A DNA stretch of 64,000 nucleotides from positions 10,044,001 to 10,108,000 of the forward strand of contig NC_090349.1 in the NCBI RefSeq assembly GCF_035084215.1, given 5' to 3'. The translations under genes and the position numbers were made by a program. Shown here piece by piece: positions 1 through 12,210 of the stretch. Origin of the DNA: Heptranchias perlo. Taxonomy: Eukaryota. The notes beneath the pieces were generated by a model that searched no databases, was not told the origin of the DNA, and was given only the letters and a program-made list of their open reading frames with translations. Within the stretch, counting starts at the first letter, position 1, and every line of letters begins with the position of its first letter.

Positions 1-916
1 CGGCTGAGAGGAGCAGATAAAGAGCGGGAGAAGCGGCTGAGAGGAGCAGATAAAGCGCGGGAGAAGCGGCTGAGAGGAGCAGATAAAGCGCGGGAGAAGC
101 GGCTGAGAGGAGCAGATAAAGCGCGGGAGAAGCGGCTGAGAGGAGCAGATAAAGCGCGGGAGAAGCGGCTGAGAGGAGCAGATAAAGCGCGGGAGAAGCG
201 GCTGAGAGGAGCAGATAAATAGCTGGAGAAGCGGCTCAGAGGAACACAAAGAGCGGGAGAAGCGGCTCAGAGGAACACAAAGAGCGGGAGAAGCGGCTGA
301 GAGGAGCAGATAAAGAGCGGGAGAAGCGGCTGAGAGGAGCAGATAAAGAGCGGGAGAAGCGGCTGAGAGGAGCAGATAAAGAGCGGGAGAAGCGGCTGAG
401 AGGAGCAGATAAAGAGCGGGAGAAGCGGCTGAGAGGAGCAGATAAAGAGCGGGAGAAGCGGCTGAGAGGAGCAGATAAAGAGCGGGAGAAGCGGCTGAGA
501 GGAGCAGATAAAGCGCGGGAGAAGCGGCTGAGAGGAGCAGATAAAGCGCGGGAGAAGCGGCTGAGAGGAGCAGATAAAGCGCGGGAGAAGCGGCTGAGAG
601 GAGCAGATAAAGCGCGGGAGAAGCGGCTGAGAGGAGCAGATAAAGAGCGGGAGAAGCGGCTGAGAGGAGCAGATAAAGAGCGGGAGAAGCGGCTGAGAGG
701 AGCAGATAAAGCGCGGGAGAAGCGGCTGAGAGGAGCAGATAAAGAGCGGGAGAAGCGGCTGAGAGGAGCAGATAAAGCGCGGGAGAAGCGGCTGAGAGGA
801 GCAGATAAAGAGCGGGAGAAGCGGCTGAGAGGAGCAGATAAAGCGCGGGAGAAGCGGCTGAGAGGAGCAGATAAAGAGCGGGAGAAGCGGCTGAGAGGAG
901 CAGATAAAGAGCGGGA
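1..916. repeat. 33-bp minisatellite (CGGCTGAGAGGAGCAGATAAAG[A/C]GCGGGAGAAG), ~27-28 units, runs off the window start
   Basis: Directly visible periodicity with two alternating variants (AAAGAGCGGG / AAAGCGCGGG) and a few 31-bp variant units at ~215-290. The minus-strand ORFs 236-958 and 267-980 are artefacts of the 33-nt period. Confidence 0.98.
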
Positions 917-947
917 CCGACACTCTGAGACCAGCGGCAGAGTTCGC

Positions 948-959
948 GGTGACGTCACC
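948..959. promoter_or_regulatory. Palindromic CRE/ATF site GGTGACGTCACC in the CR1 5' region
   Basis: Perfect 12-bp palindrome containing TGACGTCA, plus a half site GTGACGCA at ~969-976, ~110 bp upstream of the ORF1 ATG. Function is inferred. Confidence 0.45.
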
Positions 960-1069
960 AGTCAGAAAGTGACGCAGCACAGGGGAGGCTTTATAGCAGG
1001 TAGTTTTTTTTTAGTGAACATTTTCTAATTTCAACGTAATAAAAAGGGGTAACTCAGCTAAGGCAAGTC

Positions 1070-2020
1070 ATGGCAGCAGACCTCGCACCCGTGATTTGCC
1101 CCTCCTGCAAGATGTGGGAAGTCATGGACACTACCAATGTCCCTGCCGACCATGTGTGCAGGAAGTGTGTCCACCTGCAGCTACTGACCGATCGTATCTC
1201 GGAGCTGGAGCTGCGGGTGGACTCACTGTGGAGCATCCGCGATGCAGAGAAACTCGTGGATAGCACGTTTAGCGAGTTGGTCACACCGCAGGTAAAGGGA
1301 GTAGAGGCAGGAAGTGAATGGGTGACCACCAGGCAGAGTAAGAGGTGCAGGCAGGTAGTGCAGGGGTCCCCTGTGGCCATCCCCCTCTCAAACAGGTATA
1401 CCATTTTGGATACTGTTGGGGGTGATGGCTCACCAGGGGAAGGTGGCAGCGGCCAGGTTCATGGCACCGTGGCTGGCTCTGCTGCACAGGAGGGCAGGAA
1501 AAAGAGTGGCAGAGCTATAGTGTTAGGGGACTCGATTGTAAGGGGAATAGACAGGCGTTTCTGCGGATGCAACCGAGACTCCAGGGTGGTATGTTGCCTC
1601 CCTGGTGCAAGGGTCAGGGATGTCTCGGAGCGGCTGCAGGGCATTCTGGAGGGGGAGGGTGAACAGCCAGTTGTCGTGGTGCATATAGGTACCAACGATA
1701 TAGGTAAAAAACGGGATGAGGTCCTACAAGCTGAATTTAGGGAGTTAGGAGTTAAACTAAAAAGTAGGACCTCAAAGGTAGTAATCTCAGGATTGCTACC
1801 AGTGCCACGGGCTAGTCAGAGTAGGAATGACAGGATAGCTAAGATGAATACGTGGCTTGAGAGATGGTGCAAGAGGGAGGGATTCAAATTCCTGGGCCAT
1901 TGGAAACGGTTCTGGGGGAGGTGGGACCAGTACAAATTGGACGGTCTGCATCTAGGCAGGACTGGAACCAATGTCCTAGGGGGAGTGTTTGCTAGTGTTG
2001 TTGGGGAGGGTTCAAACTAA
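1070..2020 (+). CDS. CR1 ORF1p: CxxC..CxxC zinc finger/leucine zipper + SGNH esterase domain, intact 316 aa
   Basis: CPSC...CRKC followed by heptad leucines; SGNH blocks GDSIVRG, PGA, HIGTND, DGLH. Confidence 0.9.
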   Translation: MAADLAPVICPSCKMWEVMDTTNVPADHVCRKCVHLQLLTDRISELELRVDSLWSIRDAEKLVDSTFSELVTPQVKGVEAGSEWVTTRQSKRCRQVVQGSPVAIPLSNRYTILDTVGGDGSPGEGGSGQVHGTVAGSAAQEGRKKSGRAIVLGDSIVRGIDRRFCGCNRDSRVVCCLPGARVRDVSERLQGILEGEGEQPVVVVHIGTNDIGKKRDEVLQAEFRELGVKLKSRTSKVVISGLLPVPRASQSRNDRIAKMNTWLERWCKREGFKFLGHWKRFWGRWDQYKLDGLHLGRTGTNVLGGVFASVVGEGSN

Positions 2021-4967
2021 TGTGGCAGGGGGATGGGAACCGATGCAGGAAGTCCGTGGGAAGTAAAGTGGTGACAGAAACAAAAGGCAGTAAGGGAGAG
2101 TGTACAAAACATGACCGGACAGATGGTCTGAGAAAGCAGGGCAAAGACCAAGGGAAGTCTAGATTAAATTGCATTTACTTCAATGCAAGAAGTCTGATGG
2201 GTAAGGCAGATGAACTCAGGGCATGGATGGGTACATGGGACTGGGATGTTATAGCTATTACTGAAACATGGCTAAGGGAGGGGCAGGACTGGCAGCTCAA
2301 TGTTCCAGGGTACTGATGCTATAGGAAAGATAGAGCAGGAGGTAAGAGAGGAGGGGGAGTTGCGTTCTTGATTAGGGAGAACATCACAGCGGTAGTGAGA
2401 GAGGATATATCCGAGGGTTCGCCCACGGAGTCTATATGGGTAGAACTGAAAAATAAGAAGGGAGAGATCACCTTGATAGGATTGTACTACAGACCCCCAA
2501 ATAGTCAACGGGAAATTGAGGAGCAAATATGTAAGGAGATTGCAGACAGCTGCAAGAAAAATAGGGTGGTAATAGTAGGGGACTTTAACTTTCCCAACAT
2601 TGACTGGGACAGCCATAGCATTAGGGGCTTGGATGGAGAGAAATTTGTTGAGTGTATTCAGGAGGATTTTCTCATTCAGTATGTGGATGGCCCGACTAGA
2701 GAGGGGGCAAAACTCGACCTCCTCTTGGGAAATAAGGAAGGGCAGGTGACAGAAGTGTTAGTGAGGGATCACTTTGGGACCAGTAATCATAATTCCATTA
2801 GTTTTAAGATAGCTATGGAGAATGATAGGTCTGGCCCAAAAGTTAAAATTCTAAATTGGGGAAAGGCCAATTTTGATGGTATTAGACAGGAACTTTCAGA
2901 AGTTGATTGGGAGAGTCTGTTGGCAGGCAAAGGGACGTCTGGTAAGTGGGAGGCCTTCAAAAGTGTGTTAACCAGGGTTCAGGGTAAGTACATTCCTTAT
3001 AAAGTGAAGGGCAAGGCTGGTAGAAGTAGGGAACCTTGGATGACTCGGGAGATTGAGGCCCTAGTCAAAAAGAAGAAGAAGGCATATGACATGCATAGAC
3101 AGCTGGGATCGAGTTGATCCCTTGAAGAGTATAGAGATTGCCGGAGTAGAGTTAAGAGAGAAATCAGGAGGGCAAAAAGGGGACATGAGATTGCTTTGGC
3201 AGATAAGGCAAAGGAGAATCCAAAGAGCTTCTACAAATACATAAGGGGCAAAAGAGTAACTAGGGAGAGAGTAGGGCCTCTTAAGGATCAACAAGGTCAT
3301 CTTGTGGCGGAACCACAAGAGATGGGTGAGATCCTCAATGAATATTTCGCATCGGTATTTACGGTTGAGCAAGGCATGGATGTTAGGGAACTTGGGGAAA
3401 TAAATAGTGATGTCTTGAGGAGTGTACATATTACAGAGAGGGAGGTGCTGGAAGTCTTAACGCGCATCAAGGTAGATAAATCTCCGGGACCTGACGAAAT
3501 GTATCCCAGGACGTTATGGGAGGTTAAGGAGGAAATTGCGGGTCCCCTAGCAGATATATTTGAATCGTCAACAGCTACAGGTGAGGTGCCTGAAGATTGG
3601 AGGGTAGCAAATGTTGTGCCTTTGTTTAAGAAGGACGGCAGGGAAAAGCCTGGGAACTACAGACCGGTGAGCCTGACATCTGTAGTGGGTAAGTTGTTAG
3701 AGGGTATTCTGAGAGACAGGATATACGGGCATTTGGAGAGGCGGGGACTGATTAGGAACAGTCAGCATGGTATTGTGAGAGGAAAATCATGTCTCACAAA
3801 TTTGATTGAGTTTTTTGAAGGGGTAACCAAGAAGATAGATGAAGGCTGTGCAGTAGACGTGGTCTACATGGACTTTAGCAAAGCCTTTGACAAGGTACCG
3901 CATTGTAGGTTGTTAAATAAGGTTAGATCTCACGGGATCCAAGGTGAGGTAGCCAATTGGATACAAAATTGGATTGACGGCAGAAGACAGAGGGTGGTTG
4001 TAGAGGGTTGTTTTTCAAACTGGAGGCCCGTGACCAGCGGTCTGCCTCAGGGATCAGTGCTGGGTCCGCTGTTATTTGTTATTTATATTAATGATTTGGA
4101 TGAGAATTTAGGAGGCATGGTTAGTAAGTTTGCAGATGACACCAAGATTGGTGGCATTGTGGACAGTGAAGAAGGTTATCTAGGATTGGAACGGGATCTT
4201 GATAAATTGGGCCAGTGGGCCGATGAATGGCAGATGGAGTTTAATTTAGATAAATGTGAGGTGATGCATTTTGGTAGATCGAATCGGGCCAGGACCTACT
4301 GCGTTAATGGCAGGGCGTTGGGGAGCGTTATAGAGCAACGAGATCTGGGAGTACAGGTTCATAGCTCCTTGTAAGTGGAGTCACAGGTGGATAGGGTGGT
4401 GAAGAAGGCATTCAGCATGCTTGGTTTCATTGGTCAGAACATTGAATACAGGAGTTGGGATGTCTTGTTGAAGTTGTACAAGACATTAGTAAGGCCACAC
4501 TTGGAATACTGTGTACAGTTCTGGTCAACCTATTATAGAAAGGATATTATTAAACTAGAAAGAGTGCAGAAAAGATTTACCAGGATGCTACCGGGACTTG
4601 ATGGTGTGACTTATAGGGAGAGGTTGGATAGACTGAGACTTTTTTCCCTGGAGAGTAGGAGGTTTAGGGGTGATCTTATACAAGTCTATAAAATAATGAG
4701 GGGCAAAGATAAGGTAGACAGTCAAAATCTTTTCCCAAAGGTAGGGGAGTCTATAACGAGGGGGCATAGATATAAGGTGTGGGGGGAGAGATACAAAAGG
4801 GTCCAGAGGGGCAATTTTTCACTCAAAGGGTGGTGAGTGTCTGGAACGAGCTGCCAGATGCAGTATTAGAGGCGGGTACAATTTTGTCTTTTAAAAAGCA
4901 TTTGGACAGTTACATGGGTAAGATGGGTATAGAGGGATATGGGCCAAATGCAGGCAACTGGGACTAG
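2020..4967 (+). pseudogene. CR1 ORF2 (APE endonuclease + reverse transcriptase), disrupted
   Basis: Motifs NARSL, ITETW, YRPP, GDFN, LDLLL, NYRPVSLTS, DFSKAFD, PQGSVLGP, FADD. In-frame stops at 2314-2316, 3115-3117 and 4372-4374, and a -1 frameshift in a T run at ~4815-4819. Confidence 0.93.
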
Positions 4968-5053
4968 CTTAGTGGTATAAACTGGGCGACATGGACATGT
5001 TGGCCCGAAGGGCCTGTTTCCATGTTGTAAACTTCTGTGATTCTGTGATTCTA

Positions 5054-8000
5054 AGGATATCAATCCCAGCTTTTCCAATCTCTCCACATAACTGAATTCT
5101 CTGAATCCGGGTATCATCCTGGCAAACATCCTGTGCGCCCTTTCCAAGACCTTCACATCCTTCCTAAAGTGTGGTGCCCAGAAATACTCCAGCTGAAGCC
5201 TAACCAGTGATTTGTAAAGGTTTAGCATGACTTCCTTGTTCTTGTATTCAATGCCCCGATTTAAAAAACCAAGTATCCCATGCGTTTTCTTAACCACCTT
5301 ATCAACTTGCCCTGCCACCTTCAAAGATTTGTGAACATGCACCCACAGGTGCCTCGGCACTTAGACCCCCCTCAAAATAGTACCATTTAGATTATACTGC
5401 CTTTCCATGTTGTTCCTCCCAAAGTGCATCACGTCCCACTGATCCGCATTAAATTACATCTGTCGTGTGTCTGCCCATTTCACCAGTCTGTCTATATCCT
5501 CCTGAAGTCTGCTACTATGCTGCTCACTATTTGCTGCATTGTCAAGTTTTGTATCTTTCCCATACTTCGAAATTGCACTCCCTAAACCCAAGTCCAGGTC
5601 ATTTCTATATAACAAGAAAGGCAATGGTCATTTTATCGACCCCTGGGGGACCCCACTGCAACTTCTCTCCATTCAGAAAAACATCCATTTGGAACTACTC
5701 TCAGTCTCCTATCCCTTAGCCAATTACGTACCCAAGTTACCACTGTCCCTTTAATACAATGTGCTTCTATTTTCCGAATAAGCCTGTTATGTTGTACTTC
5801 ATCAAATGTCTTTTGAAAGTCCATGTATACAACAGCTACTGCACTAACTTCATCAACCATTTCTGTTACTCCATCAAATAACTCAATCTAGTTAGTCAGA
5901 CACGATTTGTCTTTAACAAATCCGTGCTGGCTATCCCTTAGTAATCTCTGCTTCTCCAAGTGAGAATTCATTCTGCCCTTGACAATGGTTTCTAGCAGTT
6001 TTCCCAGCATGACGTTAGACTGATATGCCAGTAGTTGCCAGGTTTATCCCGCTCCCATTTTTCGACATGGGTGTAGCATTTGCAATCCTCCAGTGCTCTG
6101 GCACCACTCCAATATCCAAGGACAATTGAAAGGTTGTGGTCAGAGCTTCTGTTATCTCCATCCTAGCTTCCCTCACCAACCTCGGATGCATCCCATCTGG
6201 ACTGGGTGAGCTGTTTACTTGGAGTGATGCCAACCTGTTTAGCACCTCCTTTCTATCTATTTTTAGTCTATCAAATAGCTCGATTCCCCCCTCCTCTACT
6301 GCAACATTAACTTCATCCTCTTCTTTTGTAAAGACAAATGCAAAGTACTCATTCAATATCTTTGCCTCCACAAGAAGATGTCTTTCTTTGTCCCTAATCG
6401 GCTTCACATTCCTTTAACTATCCTTTTACTTTTTTATGTTTAAAGAAAATTTTTGGATTCCCTTTTATGCTACCTGCTAATCTTTTTTCATACTCTCTCT
6501 TTGCCCTTCATATGTCCTTTTTCAATTTCTGCCTGCCCTCTCTGTATTCTGCCTGGTTTTGGACTGTATTCTGTTCCTGACATTTGTAAAAAAAACCCTC
6601 ATTTTCTGTTTGTTTTAAACGTTATTTCCTTTGTTATCCAGTGAGCTCTTGCTTTGGATGCCCCATCTTTCCTCCTTATGGGAATATGCTTGGTTTGTAC
6701 CCGAACTGTCTCCACCATGAAAGCCTGCCATTGCTCATTTACTGTTTTCCTGGCCAATCTTTGTTTCCAGTCCACCTGTGCTAGATCCCTTCTCAAATCA
6801 CTGAAATTGGCTCTCTTCAGTTGGGTATCTTTACCTTTGATTTTTCTTTATCCCATTCCATAACCACGTTAAAGCTAATTATATTATGCTCACTGTTACC
6901 AGGTGTTCTCCCACTGAAATACACTCCACTTGCCGTATTTCATTCCCCAGAACTAGACCCTGCGCTGCTTTCTTCATCATTGGGCTAAAAACATACTGAT
7001 TAAGAAAGTTTTCCTGTACACATTTTAGGAATTATTCACCCTCCTTGCTCTTTACTCTGTTTTTAGGGTATTTGTAGTCCCCTACTTTACTGCTTTATTA
7101 TTTTTACATTTCACTGAAATTTGCCTACAGATTCTCTACTCTACCTCCTTCTCGCTATTTGATGCTATATAGTAAACATCCAGCAATGTAACAGCTCCTT
7201 TTCTGTTCCTTAACTCTAACCAAATAGATTCCCTCCATAGTCCCTCTGTAGAACTATAGTGTTATCCTTGATCAATACTGCCACCCCCTCTCCTATCTTT
7301 TTTCCTTCCATATCCCTCCTGAACACATTGTAGCCAGGAATGTCTAGTTCCCATTCCTGCTCATGTTTAAGACAGGTCTCCATTATAGCCACTGCAACAT
7401 AACTCCATGTGGCAATTAGCGCCTGTAGCTCGTCAAATTTATTTGTAACAGTCTTCGCATTAACACACATGCATTCCAACACCATGCTAGTCGGCTTTGT
7501 TTTCTCCTCCATTTAATTCTTGATCTTTCTACACGATTCTTTGTTCTGTTGCTGTTTGTTCCCCCGAGTTTCCTATGCACCTTATCTCTCCTCTCTGCTG
7601 CTGCGTCCTTGTACCCCTACCCCTGCCAAATTAGTTTAAACCTCCCTCACAGCGCTAGTTAACCTCTCCGCAAGGACATTGTTCCCAGCCCTGTTCAGGT
7701 GCAACCCGTCCAACTTGCACAGATCACTCCTGCCCCAGAACTGATCTCAATGCCCCAAGAATCTGAAGCCCTCCTCATGCATCACTTCTCCAGCCACGCA
7801 TTCACCTGCACTATCTTCCTGTTTCTCTACTCGCTAGCACGTGGCACTGGGAGTAATCCATAAATTACTACCTTTGAGGTCCTGTTCTTGAATGTTTTTC
7901 CTAGCTCCTGAAACTCTGCCTGTAGGACCTCAACCTTTTTCCTACCCATGTCATTAGTTCCAACATGGACCCAACTTCTGGCTGATCCTCTTGCCCTCGC

Positions 8001-8370
8001 AGAATATCCTGCACCTGTTCAGTGATATCCATTACCCTCGCACCAGGGAGGCGTTACACCATTCAGGACTCACGTCTGCAGTTGCAGGCAGAAACGCCTG
8101 TCTATACCCCTGACTATCGAATCCCCTATAATAACTTCATTTCTACATTTCCATGTGCCCCCTGTGCAGTCGAGTCTCCCACGGTGCTCTGGATTTGCTT
8201 CTGACTGCACTCCCCGAGGTATCATCACCCTCACTGGTATTTAACACTGAATGGTTTGTGAATGCCACACTCCCAGGGGGTACTTGCACTGCCTGCCTCT
8301 CCATCCTAGACTGCCTTGTGTTCACCCATTGCCGCCCCCCCCCGAACTCTGTAGCTGCGGGGTGATCACT
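5054..8370 (-). mobile_element. Older, degenerate, nearly full-length CR1 LINE in antisense orientation
   Basis: Minus-strand fragments match RT (VYMDFQKTFD, SPSPDGMHPR), endonuclease (AIMETCL..WELDIPGY) and ORF1 (ERQAVQVPPGSVAFTNHSVL). Its 3' part is cut by the plus-strand element. Confidence 0.88.
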
Positions 8371-8479
8371 TCTTGAAAGGTGATATCAGGAATTTGAATT
8401 TGATCAATATTAATTCTTAGTAATGGATACAATGTGATGCTATCATGTATTTAAATAGTTTCTCACTACATCGAATCAC

Positions 8480-10215
8480 ATGGAAGCTATAGCTTAGAAA
8501 CAGGCCGATTGGCCCAATTAGTCTATAGCGGGTTTATACTCCACACGAGCCTCCTCCCACTCTAATAACCTCTTCCCACGCTGCCTCCGTATCCCTCTAT
8601 TCCTTGTTCCAGCATGTATCCAACAAGCCTTCCCCCTAAATGTGTCAATGCTATCTGCTTCAACCACTCCACGAGGAAGCGAGTTCCACATTCTCAGCAC
8701 TATCTGTATAAAGAAACTTCTCCGAATATTAACATAGAAAGATAGGAACAGGCTTAGGCCATTGACCCCATCTAGCCTGTTCCGCCAGTCAATTAGGTCA
8801 CGGCTGATCTCTAACTCTACTCCATTTACCCACCTTTGATCCAAATCCCTTTACTAACAAAAGATTGGTGATCTCAGTCTTGAACATTTCAATTGACCCG
8901 GCATCGACAGCTTTTTGGGGTGCGAGTTCCAGGCATCCATTACACTTTGTGTGGAAAAAGTGCTTCCTGATTTCAATATTAAATGGTCTACCTCTAATTT
9001 TAAGATTATGCTCTCTTGTTTTCAGTTCTCCCACGAGAGCAAATAGTATCTACCCTGTTGAATCACGTGATCATTTGAAATACTTCGATTATTTAAATCC
9101 CTCAACTTTCTAAACGCAATAGAATACAAGCCACGTTTATGCAACCTGTCCTCATAATTGAACCCTTTGTGTCCTGATATCATTCTGGTGAATCTGTTGC
9201 TGTACCCCTACAAGGCCAATATATGTTTCCTGAGGTTCAGCACCTAAAACTCCAGGTGGGGTCTAACCAATTTCTGTAGAACTGAAGTACTACTACCTCA
9301 CCTTTGAATTACAATCCCCTTGAGACCTGCATGCCATCAGATGTTTTTTTTTTACCGGTGCATTATCTTTTAGTGATTTGTGTACATGGACCCATAAATC
9401 TCTTTGCTTCTCCACAGCTCCTAGTCTCTCACCACTAAGAAAATATTCTGACTGGTGTGTCTTAGATCCCTACTGGATGACCTCACACTTTTCCACATTG
9501 AACTCCATCTACCGTAGTTTCACCCATTCACTTAGTGTATCCATCCTTCCTTCTCTCATGCACACAACTTACTGCCACTTAATGTCATCTCCAAACTTGG
9601 ATACACAACTCTCTATTCCTTCATCCAAGTTATATATGTGGTGGAAAGCTGAGACGCCAGCACAGATCCCTGGAGGTTACCACTTGTCACATCCCACTCA
9701 TCAGAGAACGAATCCTTTACCCCCTACCTCCCAATCATTTACTAACACATATCTTCAAAGCTATTCTTTATTTGATCTGTTAGTGGCTATCTTATATGTA
9801 TGCCTTCCTGTTCCGGAGTCATCCTTAAGAGGAAACAGTTTCTCCACGTCCACCTTATCGAACACCTTTTGATCTTTTGAAAACCTCGATCAAGTCTCCT
9901 CTTAGTCTTCTCTTTTCCATAGAAAAGAGCTCAGCCTCTTCAATGTTCCTGATAGTGACTTCCTCCCAATTGTGGTAACATCCTTGTATACATTTTCTGC
10001 ATTTTCTCCAGTGCTTCAATATCCTTTTGGTAGCATCGAGACCAGAACTATGCAAAGTACTTTCAGTGTAGTTTAACCTAGGTTCTATATAAATTTAATA
10101 TTACATCTATGCTTTTCTAATCTATTCTTCTAGAAATGAACTCCAAATCTTTGATGGCACTCTTCGTGGCCTAAACAACTTGTGTTGCTACTTCTGTGAT
10201 TTATGTATCTGTATT
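8480..10215 (-). mobile_element. Stacked CR1 3' fragments shared with units B and D
   Basis: RT C-terminal remnants (RMWNSLP, EKRRLRGDLIEVFK) and CR1 3' tails; same order at ~17180-18700 and ~23320-25070. Confidence 0.8.
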
Positions 10216-11086
10216 CCCAATCAGTCTGAACAAAGAAGACTATGTACTAAAGGGATACCGAGTTTGTGATTAGCGTGAAGGTGCATTTAAAAAGCGCGAC
10301 GCTCACCTGGGATGCATTCAGTCAAAGGCGTCAGTGAATCTGTAGTTCTGACGTTTTGAGTTGCTGCTAATAGCGCGTGCTTCATTATCACCATTGTTGA
10401 CCAATGATTACAGGAATAGGATCGTTTTGAAAAAGATCACGCAATGCCAGAAATTGTACCGCCGTAGGTCTGGGATATCCAAAAGGGAGACGATCACAGA
10501 GTTTGCCCTGAATTTGTGTAACCAGATGATTTAAAAGAACTTCCACCATGTGCTTTGAATTGTTGTCATAAACCCACGGACACACGGTTCAGCTTCTTCC
10601 TTACACGGAAAAAATTCAGACAGGTCTATATAAAAAGACATGTAAGATTCTTCTCACAAAAAGTCAAACTATAGTCATCTGTCAAGTCTGTAATCTCATT
10701 ATTCCAGTTGATTTCACTGACTGTACATACAATGAGCAGAATGTCACAAAGAATAGCACCTCACAATTTAGTCGAATTAAGAAAGTTGCTATGGATTGGC
10801 ACAGAGGTATCGGGGGGGGGGGGGGGAAAGAATAATAGCAACTGAGGTAATGGAAGAGTCATTTTATTACACTGCGGCATTTGTAACATTACACTGAAGC
10901 TTTGACCAGTTCAGTGTGAACACACTGTAAGATACAGACAGCAGGTTGTAGCGGACGAACAGCATATCTGTTGTTGTGATTTGAAATGTTCCACTTAACA
11001 TCAACCAGATAATATCTGAATACGGAAGTTATTTTTTAAGGAAACAGTACAGATGACATAACAAACCAATACATAAGATACTTGAA

Positions 11087-11386
11087 TCAGATACAGCTGG
11101 ATCGAGCGGTGCTTGTTTGAAGGGGGTTTGTCTGAGTCTCGTGTTTAACCACACAGGAGTAAAGCGCGTGTGAGTTCCACCCTTAAGCTGGCAGAGTCAG
11201 TTAACTGCTCACACTGAACGTGTTGTCCGTTTCCTTTTGGACTCGACTGGTCCCAACACCATTCCCTCTGACACTGTCATCTACAGTCAATTTAATCTCC
11301 ACAGCTCCCGGATTAAAACCGTTCACCAAAGAACATCAGGGACGCCGATGAAGGCGGAACGACAGATACTGAGGGGCTGCGCGGAA
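11087..11386 (-). pseudogene. IgL: Ig lambda-like (type II) light-chain constant exon pseudogene, cluster A
   Basis: Homologous to 38417-38739 (PSVSVVPPSS..GFNPGAVEI..DNTFSVSS..YSCVVKHETQ..SSCI*), with a ~20-bp deletion and two TAA stops. AG acceptor at 11387-11388; AATAAA at ~10863-10868 (-). Confidence 0.92.
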
Positions 11387-11754
11387 CTGAAAAGTAGAAA
11401 CAAATGATGGAAGATCCATTCTTACTTGACATAAAAATTCAGAATCAATGTTTTACTTTCTTCAAATCTGTTACAAGTTGGCGGCTCTTTACAAACGTAT
11501 GAGGAATTTAATACAACGGATGCTCATTAATGTCAATTGCATAATGACACGGATCCGCAATTTTATAAAATATATAACCTGAGATTTCTTACTTTTGCTA
11601 CATGGAAAGGGACTGTTAAAATTATTTAAAGGAAATACGATCCAAACTCATTCTAAATATTATAATTTCAATTTAATAGCCCTCCTCAAAGACATCACAT
11701 TTCTTTCACTACTTGCGCCATTTTCTTTCTCCATTACAATTTTAGCGTGTCGTA

Positions 11755-12210
11755 GAATCATCATATGATATACCGCAGGAGGCCATTCGGCCCATTATGC
11801 CTGTACCGGCTCTTTGAAACAGCTATCCAGTTAGTCCCACCCCACTGCTCTTTCCCCATAGTTCTGCAAATGTTTCCTTGAAAGTATATATCCACTTCCC
11901 TTTTAAAAGCTACTATTGAATCTGCTTCCACCACCCTTTCAGGCAATGCATTCCAGATCATAACAACTCTCTGCTTCAAATAATTATCTTGAATTCTTGA
12001 CCTCTGGTTACCGAACCTCCTGCCAGTGGACTCCGTTTCTCCCCACCTTCTCTATGAAAACCCCCTCATAATTTTGAACACCTCCGTTAAATCGCCCCTT
12101 AACCTTCTTAGCTCGAAGGAGAACAATCCCAAATTCTCTCGTCTCTCCACACAACTGAAGCTGGTATCATTCTAGTAAATCTCTTCTGCACCCTCTCCAA
12201 GTTCTTGGCA
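11755..12210 (-). mobile_element. CR1 3' fragment in the J-C intron of cluster A
   Basis: RVVMIWNALPERVVEADS and LERVQKRFTRMIP remnants. Confidence 0.8.

Larger units (their letters stand above)
917..5053 (+). mobile_element. Near-full-length CR1-clade LINE
   Basis: 5' UTR, ORF1 (Zn finger + esterase), ORF2 (APE endonuclease + RT) and 3' tail (TTCTGTGA)2TTCTA at 5033-5053, typical of CR1. Confidence 0.95.

Noticed and set aside
1-916. CRISPR-like array
   Set aside because: No unique spacers, vertebrate context, no cas genes.
236-980. Long repetitive ORFs (SLSAPLSRFSR)n and (FICSSQPLLPL)n
   Set aside because: They follow from a stop-free 33-bp period; no independent coding evidence.
1070-2020. 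Domestication of the intact CR1 ORF1
   Set aside because: Four lesions in ~2.95 kb of ORF2 predict only about one in ORF1, so zero is unremarkable.
2314-4374. Programmed readthrough or selenocysteine at the in-frame ORF2 stops
   Set aside because: Mixed TGA/TAA at positions explained by point mutation (e.g. CGA>TGA); ordinary decay.
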